Shown one piece after another: positions 60,087 to 64,000 of a stretch of 64,000 nucleotides of DNA. Source of the stretch: Deltaproteobacteria bacterium RBG_13_43_22 (GTDB lineage: Bacteria > Desulfobacterota > RBG-13-43-22); assembly GCA_001797675.1 (NCBI GenBank), contig MGQB01000001.1, forward strand, positions 137,968 to 201,967, read 5' to 3'. How positions within the stretch are numbered: the first letter of the stretch is position 1; each line of letters begins with the position of its first letter. The position numbers and the translations under genes were made by a program. The notes under the pieces were generated by a model. The model worked only from the letters and a program-made list of their open reading frames with translations. It searched no databases and was not told the DNA's origin.

Positions 60087-60751
60087 TTCTGTTGATCCTC
60101 CCTGACGATTTTTCGAGGTCCGGCCCCTTCTTTTTTTGACCAGTCAGCCGGGGCATAAACCTCCTCCAGAAGATCCAGTTGATTCCTGTCCTCCAGTCGG
60201 GTGACGATCAGATGCCAGGCACAAGGAGTCTCCGGATTGACTTCACACTTGCCGTCCTGAGACCCGCCGCAAGGTCCGTTAAAGATCTGTTTGGCACAGC
60301 GGGTGACCGGACAGATATCGGCAAAAAGATGGAGACGGCAATCACCGCAGCCCCGGCAGTTTTCCAGCCAGAGTCCGGCTTCTTTGGTTTGTCCCAGGAA
60401 GGAGGTGTTCAGGGCCGGCAGGATGGGAATATTGGGAAAAACTTCAGCCACGGCCTGGACCCCGGCCCCGCAGGCCAAGGAAAGGACGGCATCGTATTGA
60501 TCGATCAACCCGGTCAGTCGATCGATAAATTCATACACACATTGACGCTCCAGGGTCATTTCCCTGGTTTCCAACTCCTTGGTGGTCATCCGGGCGTCCA
60601 TCCGTAGGGCCGATCCGAGAAGTCCGACCTCCTTTTCTCCTCCCGCAGCACATTCGCCGACACAGCTTGCGCACCCCACCACCAGCACTTTCTTAAAAGG
60701 CAAAATCATGGCAATGATTTCATCCAGAGGTTTTCTTTCGGCAGTAATCAT
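60083..60751 (-). CDS. metV: MTHFR C-terminal-domain protein (MetV-type Fe-S/Zn subunit)
   Basis: 222 aa. Motifs: VVGCASCVGECAAGG, CRGCGDCRL and FNGPCGGSQDGKCEVNPETPCAW. Confidence 0.7.
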   Translation of the reverse strand: MITAERKPLDEIIAMILPFKKVLVVGCASCVGECAAGGEKEVGLLGSALRMDARMTTKELETREMTLERQCVYEFIDRLTGLIDQYDAVLSLACGAGVQAVAEVFPNIPILPALNTSFLGQTKEAGLWLENCRGCGDCRLHLFADICPVTRCAKQIFNGPCGGSQDGKCEVNPETPCAWHLIVTRLEDRNQLDLLEEVYAPADWSKKEGAGPRKIVREDQQN

Positions 60752-60870
60752 TGGTCTCTATTCTCCATTTTTTTATTCAATTAACATCTCTTTCTGTTTG
60801 GGCTTCCTCCATTATATGTATATGATTCGGATTTGAAGATTCCTAAATCCAATGGTTTTTACCTTTTCAC

Positions 60871-60902
60871 TTGGGCCCTTGAACCCCAGAATCCTTGAAT
60901 CC
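60871..60902 (+). repeat. Tandem degenerate octamers, consensus TTGAATCC (4 units)
   Basis: Reads TTGGGCCC TTGAACCC CAGAATCC TTGAATCC, preceded by CAC as at 51351. It lies between mvhD and metV. Confidence 0.75.
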
Positions 60903-60909
60903 TTTTCTC

Positions 60910-61329
60910 TTACAACCGGCTCAACAGGGAATGTCCCTTAACGGGGGCTCCCTCCAATAATTCCCGGGTCAACAGATCAATTCTTTTTGGCAAAGGAGGG
61001 TCAATGTTTATTAGAATCAATCGTTCCGGGTCCAGGCCGATTTCCCGGATCAAGTTTTGGGCAAAGGCAATCCTTTTACCGGCCCTTACATTTCCTTGTT
61101 GATAACGGCAACTCTTTACAGGACAGGTGATCAAATAGACCAGATCCGCTCCTGACTCAAAGGCATGCAGGAAGTGGAGCGGTTCTATCCGCCCGCTGCA
61201 GGGCAAAGGGAAAAATTTGATACCGGGGCCTAATTCTTTTTCGATGACCCGTCGATTGCTGTCCTGATCCGGGTCCAATTGCTGGCAAAAAAAAATGGCC
61301 ACATTTAACTCCAGATTTTCTTTATTCAT
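60910..61329 (-). CDS. mvhD: MvhD-like (methyl-viologen-reducing hydrogenase delta subunit family) Fe-S protein
   Basis: 139 aa. Motif: FFCQQLDPD ... FPLPCSGRIEPLHFLHAFESGADLVYLITCPVKSCRYQQGN. Confidence 0.8.
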   Translation of the reverse strand: MNKENLELNVAIFFCQQLDPDQDSNRRVIEKELGPGIKFFPLPCSGRIEPLHFLHAFESGADLVYLITCPVKSCRYQQGNVRAGKRIAFAQNLIREIGLDPERLILINIDPPLPKRIDLLTRELLEGAPVKGHSLLSRL

Positions 61330-61343
61330 ACCCGTCCTTCTAT

Positions 61344-61374
61344 AGCTGACAGCTCAAGGCTGAAAGCTGAAAGC
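61344..61374. repeat. Tandem degenerate heptamers (AGCTGAA-type, about 4 units)
   Basis: Reads AGCTGAC AGCTCAA GGCTGAA AGCTGAA AGC. It starts 15 nt upstream of the mvhD start. Confidence 0.7.
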
Positions 61375-61440
61375 AAATATTCCAACCTTGAAATTTAATC
61401 TTTGGATTCTTGCAAAAAATAATTTCAAAACAATCCATCA

Positions 61441-61549
61441 GACCAATCCTGTCCCCAATATTGGGCGACGGAAGTCCATAGATGGGATTTTCAGATACAA
61501 GAGGTTTACCACCCAAGGGGCTGATGATTCTGAAAGTTCCGGACTGGTC
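61441..61549. other. Nested inverted repeats: candidate structured RNA or palindromic element in the mvhD-metVF leader
   Basis: Closing pair GACCAATCC (61441-49) with GGACTGGTC (61541-49). Inner pairs: CCCAATATTGGG (61454-65), CCAT-AG-ATGG (61476-85), and TTTCAGA (61489-95) with TCTGAAA (61529-35). Confidence 0.35.
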
Positions 61550-61887
61550 TGCTCGACAACTACCCGAAGATTATGAATTGCAAAAAGATTACCAAATTGA
61601 CTGTATACAGGAATTTCGAGGGAATTTCCATAGAAAAATATTGTAACTTGTTTAATTTTATTAAAAATTAGTAAAAATAAAATTTCCAACCATTGATTAG
61701 TTGAGCTGAAAAAGATTCGTGGTGAGGAAATATTTACCAAAATTGTAATTAAATATATTCAGAAGTTAACAATTTTGTAAATTAGGCTCTGGAAGTTTTT
61801 ATTAAGGGGATCTGAATCGCCCGATTACTTTTTATGTTTCTTGGAGACCCCTTGGGCATGAGGGATTAATACCAAAGAGACTATCCC

Positions 61888-63216
61888 TTACAAAATCGGC
61901 AAATATTTATCCAATTCATACCGGCTGACATGGGTCCGGTAGTGGTCCCATTCAATCTCTTTATTGGCGATGAATTTATAAAAAATATGATCTCCCAGGG
62001 CTTCTCGAACCAGGGTGCTTTTCTTAAGCTCTTCGACGGCCGCATAAAGGTTTCCCGGGAGGGAATTGATTCCTCGGGCCTCCCGTTCTCCAGGGGTCAT
62101 TTCAAAAATATCTTCTTCCACCGGATCGGGTAGGGGGTAGTTTCCTTCGATACCGGCCAGTCCGGCGGCCAATTGTACGGCAAAACAAAGGTACGGGTTG
62201 CAGGCCGGATCGGGGGAGCGGAATTCAATGCGGGTGGCCTTTTCTTTTCCGGGTTTATACATGGGCACCCGAATCATGGTGGAACGGTTTCTTCTGGCCC
62301 AGGAGACATAGACCGGGGCCTCGTACCCGGGGACCAATCGTTTATAGGAATTCACCCATTGATTGTTGATGGCCGTCATTTCCCGGGCATGACGCATGAG
62401 CCCGGCGATATAACACTTGGCAATCGGGGAGAGATGGAAAGGATCTCCAGGTTCAAAAAAGGCGTTTTTTTCGCCTAAAAACAGGGACTGGTGGGTATGC
62501 ATGCCGCTGCCGTTTTGTCCGAAGATCGGTTTGGGCATAAAGGTGGCATAGACCCCTTTGGATCGGGCAATCTCTTTGACGACCAGACGATAGGTCATAG
62601 TCATATCGGCCATGGACAACCCCTCGGCATAACGCAGGTCGATTTCATGCTGGCTGGGGGCCACCTCATGGTGGCTGTATTCGACTTTGATACTCATGGA
62701 CTGCAGGGCGAAAATGGTCTCCCTTCTCAGGTCTCCACCCAAATCGAGTGGACGGGAGTCGAAGTATCCGCCAAGGTCCAAAAAATTGGTTTCCTTACTA
62801 TCCTGAAAGTAAAAATATTCCAGCTCCGGGCCGATATAAAAAGTATATCCTTTCTCCCTGGCCTTGGCCAACAGCCTTTTAAAAGCATACCGAGGATCAC
62901 CGGGATAAGGGGTTCCATCCGGTTGGAGGATGTCGCAGAACATACGGGCTACTGGTTGTTCTCCTGATCTCCAGGGAATCATCTGAAAGGTGGCCGGGTC
63001 CGGCTTGGCGATCATATCGGACTCTTCGATCCGGGCGAATCCTTCAATGGAAGAGCCGTCAAATCCCATGCCCTCGGTCATGCCTTCCTCCAATTCCGAA
63101 GGGGTTACGGCAAAGCTTTTTAACAATCCCAGGATATCGGTGAACCAGAACTGGATAAAACTGATATTTTTGTCCTTAACCAGACGGAGCACATCTTCGG
63201 TCGATCGGCAATTCAT
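61888..63216 (-). CDS. glnA: Glutamine synthetase type I
   Basis: 442 aa. Motifs: IQFWFTDILGLLKSFAV, GFDGSSIEGF, NGSGMHTHQSLF and RVPGYEAPVY-like LVPGYEAPVYVSWARRNRS. Confidence 0.9.
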   Translation of the reverse strand: MNCRSTEDVLRLVKDKNISFIQFWFTDILGLLKSFAVTPSELEEGMTEGMGFDGSSIEGFARIEESDMIAKPDPATFQMIPWRSGEQPVARMFCDILQPDGTPYPGDPRYAFKRLLAKAREKGYTFYIGPELEYFYFQDSKETNFLDLGGYFDSRPLDLGGDLRRETIFALQSMSIKVEYSHHEVAPSQHEIDLRYAEGLSMADMTMTYRLVVKEIARSKGVYATFMPKPIFGQNGSGMHTHQSLFLGEKNAFFEPGDPFHLSPIAKCYIAGLMRHAREMTAINNQWVNSYKRLVPGYEAPVYVSWARRNRSTMIRVPMYKPGKEKATRIEFRSPDPACNPYLCFAVQLAAGLAGIEGNYPLPDPVEEDIFEMTPGEREARGINSLPGNLYAAVEELKKSTLVREALGDHIFYKFIANKEIEWDHYRTHVSRYELDKYLPIL

Positions 63217-63568
63217 AAAACCCTCCAGGAAGCAAATTTGAAGGCAATTCTTAGTAAATAATACAGCCTACTTTATTCTCGTCCAATTAAAAAGAAGTAT
63301 ACACCCCATAAGGACAAATTGCAATTTTTACTATCAAAACTTAACCAAAGAGATTTATATAATCTCCAAATCTAAGTTTGGGGCAAATTTTATGTTTTCG
63401 ATTGCTTTTCAATGGGTTTTGATGGTAAAAAGAAAAGAAACGATAACGGTCGAAGGCATATCAGTTGCAAAAGGTCCTGTAACGATTGTATCTGAAATAT
63501 GGGTATTAACCCTTGGAACTAAGATTTTGATCCGAAAAAGGAAACAGGTCTTAAAAAATCGAATCAAC

Positions 63569-63838
63569 ATGCCTTCCCTAATCACCCTTGAAGGGGAAAT
63601 GACTCTCGACAACCTGGAAAGGCTTCATGAACAGCTCCAGACAGCTCTGCTGGATCAGGGAGATGTGATCCTATCCTGTAGCAGATTGGAATACCTGGAC
63701 ACCGCCGCCTTTCAACTTTTGGTTTCCTTAAAAAAATCCCTTAAAAAGCGCTCTCTTGTTTTTCAGGATGTCCCTTTGGCTGTCATCGAAACGGGTGACC
63801 TTTTGGGTTTGAACACTTTTCTTAAATTAGGAGGATAG
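63569..63838 (+). CDS. STAS-domain protein (anti-sigma-factor-antagonist-like)
   Basis: Preferred start MPSLITLEGEMTLDNLERLHEQL. The segment LEYLDTAAFQLLVSLKKSLKKRSLVFQDVP fits STAS. The 59 extra residues in the ORF track look non-coding. Confidence 0.55.
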   Translation: MPSLITLEGEMTLDNLERLHEQLQTALLDQGDVILSCSRLEYLDTAAFQLLVSLKKSLKKRSLVFQDVPLAVIETGDLLGLNTFLKLGG

Positions 63839-63844
63839 TTTTTC

Positions 63845-64000
63845 ATGAACCGACCTATCCTGATTGTCGATGATTCCCCAACCCTTCGGACCTCGCTAAG
63901 CTTTTGTCTGGAAAATGCCGGCTATCAAACGATTCAATCGGAAAACGGCCAGGAAGGTCTGGACACCCTTACCAAGCTAAAGGAGGAAGGGAAATCCATT
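63845..64000 (+). CDS. CheY-like response regulator receiver (5' part; runs off the window)
   Basis: Hand translation gives MNRPILIVDDSPTLRTSLSFCLENAGYQTIQSENGQEGLDTLTKLKEEGKSI. It is open to the window end and starts 6 nt after the STAS gene stop. Confidence 0.75.
   Translation, partial: MNRPILIVDDSPTLRTSLSFCLENAGYQTIQSENGQEGLDTLTKLKEEGKSI

Noticed and set aside
61438-61740. 100-aa minus-strand ORF in the mvhD/glnA intergenic region
   Set aside because: The region is AT-rich and repeat-laden with no RBS. The peptide has no motif, and it overlaps the nested inverted repeats, which explain the sequence better.
1-64000. Search for tRNA, rRNA, integrase, transposase, prophage or plasmid genes
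   Set aside because: Reading both strands turned up none of these. The only mobile-looking sequences are the two short MITE-like elements.

Overview
The window reads as DNA from an anaerobic, probably uncultivated bacterium. My guess of a Desulfobacterota- or Nitrospirota-like lineage rests only on gene content and intergenic repeat style and cannot be verified here.

The left ~38 kb is a dense envelope-glycosylation island. It holds at least nine large polytopic membrane proteins with GT-C-like architecture:
- three clear ArnT/PMT-like paralogs carrying C-terminal F5/8 type C (discoidin) domains;
- one ArnT/PMT-like protein with TPR repeats;
- one YfhO-like protein;
- four others of unassigned family.

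The island has only one cytoplasmic GT2, a polyprenyl-phosphate-sugar synthase type. It also carries a UPF0104 flippase-like protein, a B12-binding radical SAM enzyme, two SAM methyltransferases, a GH99-like lipoprotein and a PA14-domain protein.

Embedded in it is a tight five-gene operon: a hexapeptide acyltransferase, a PaaK/CapK-like adenylating ligase, an LpxD-like N-acyltransferase, a KamA-type aminomutase and a CE4 deacetylase. I consider this operon the best candidate for an undescribed glycan-modification pathway.

The right ~26 kb is mixed housekeeping, redox and C1/N metabolism:
- TlpA-like oxidoreductase, hybrid histidine kinase, pilin-like protein and a pseudo-receiver;
- a decayed acyl-CoA dehydrogenase, peroxiredoxin, Hsp20 and a UvrD-like helicase;
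- ferredoxin, a ThiF/MoeB-like E1 and 4-hydroxybutyryl-CoA dehydratase;
- a radical SAM gene followed by an LplA-DUF116 fusion;
- a co-directional mvhD-metV-metF block followed by split glutamate-synthase-like genes, glnA, and a STAS/CheY pair at the right edge.

Three loci carry in-frame stops. Two MITE-like elements with TCGTAAAA-type inverted termini are present, along with many intergenic tracts built from degenerate 7- or 8-nt tandem units. I saw no rRNA, tRNA, CRISPR array, integrase or transposase.

All family calls come from reading motifs by eye. No searches were run.
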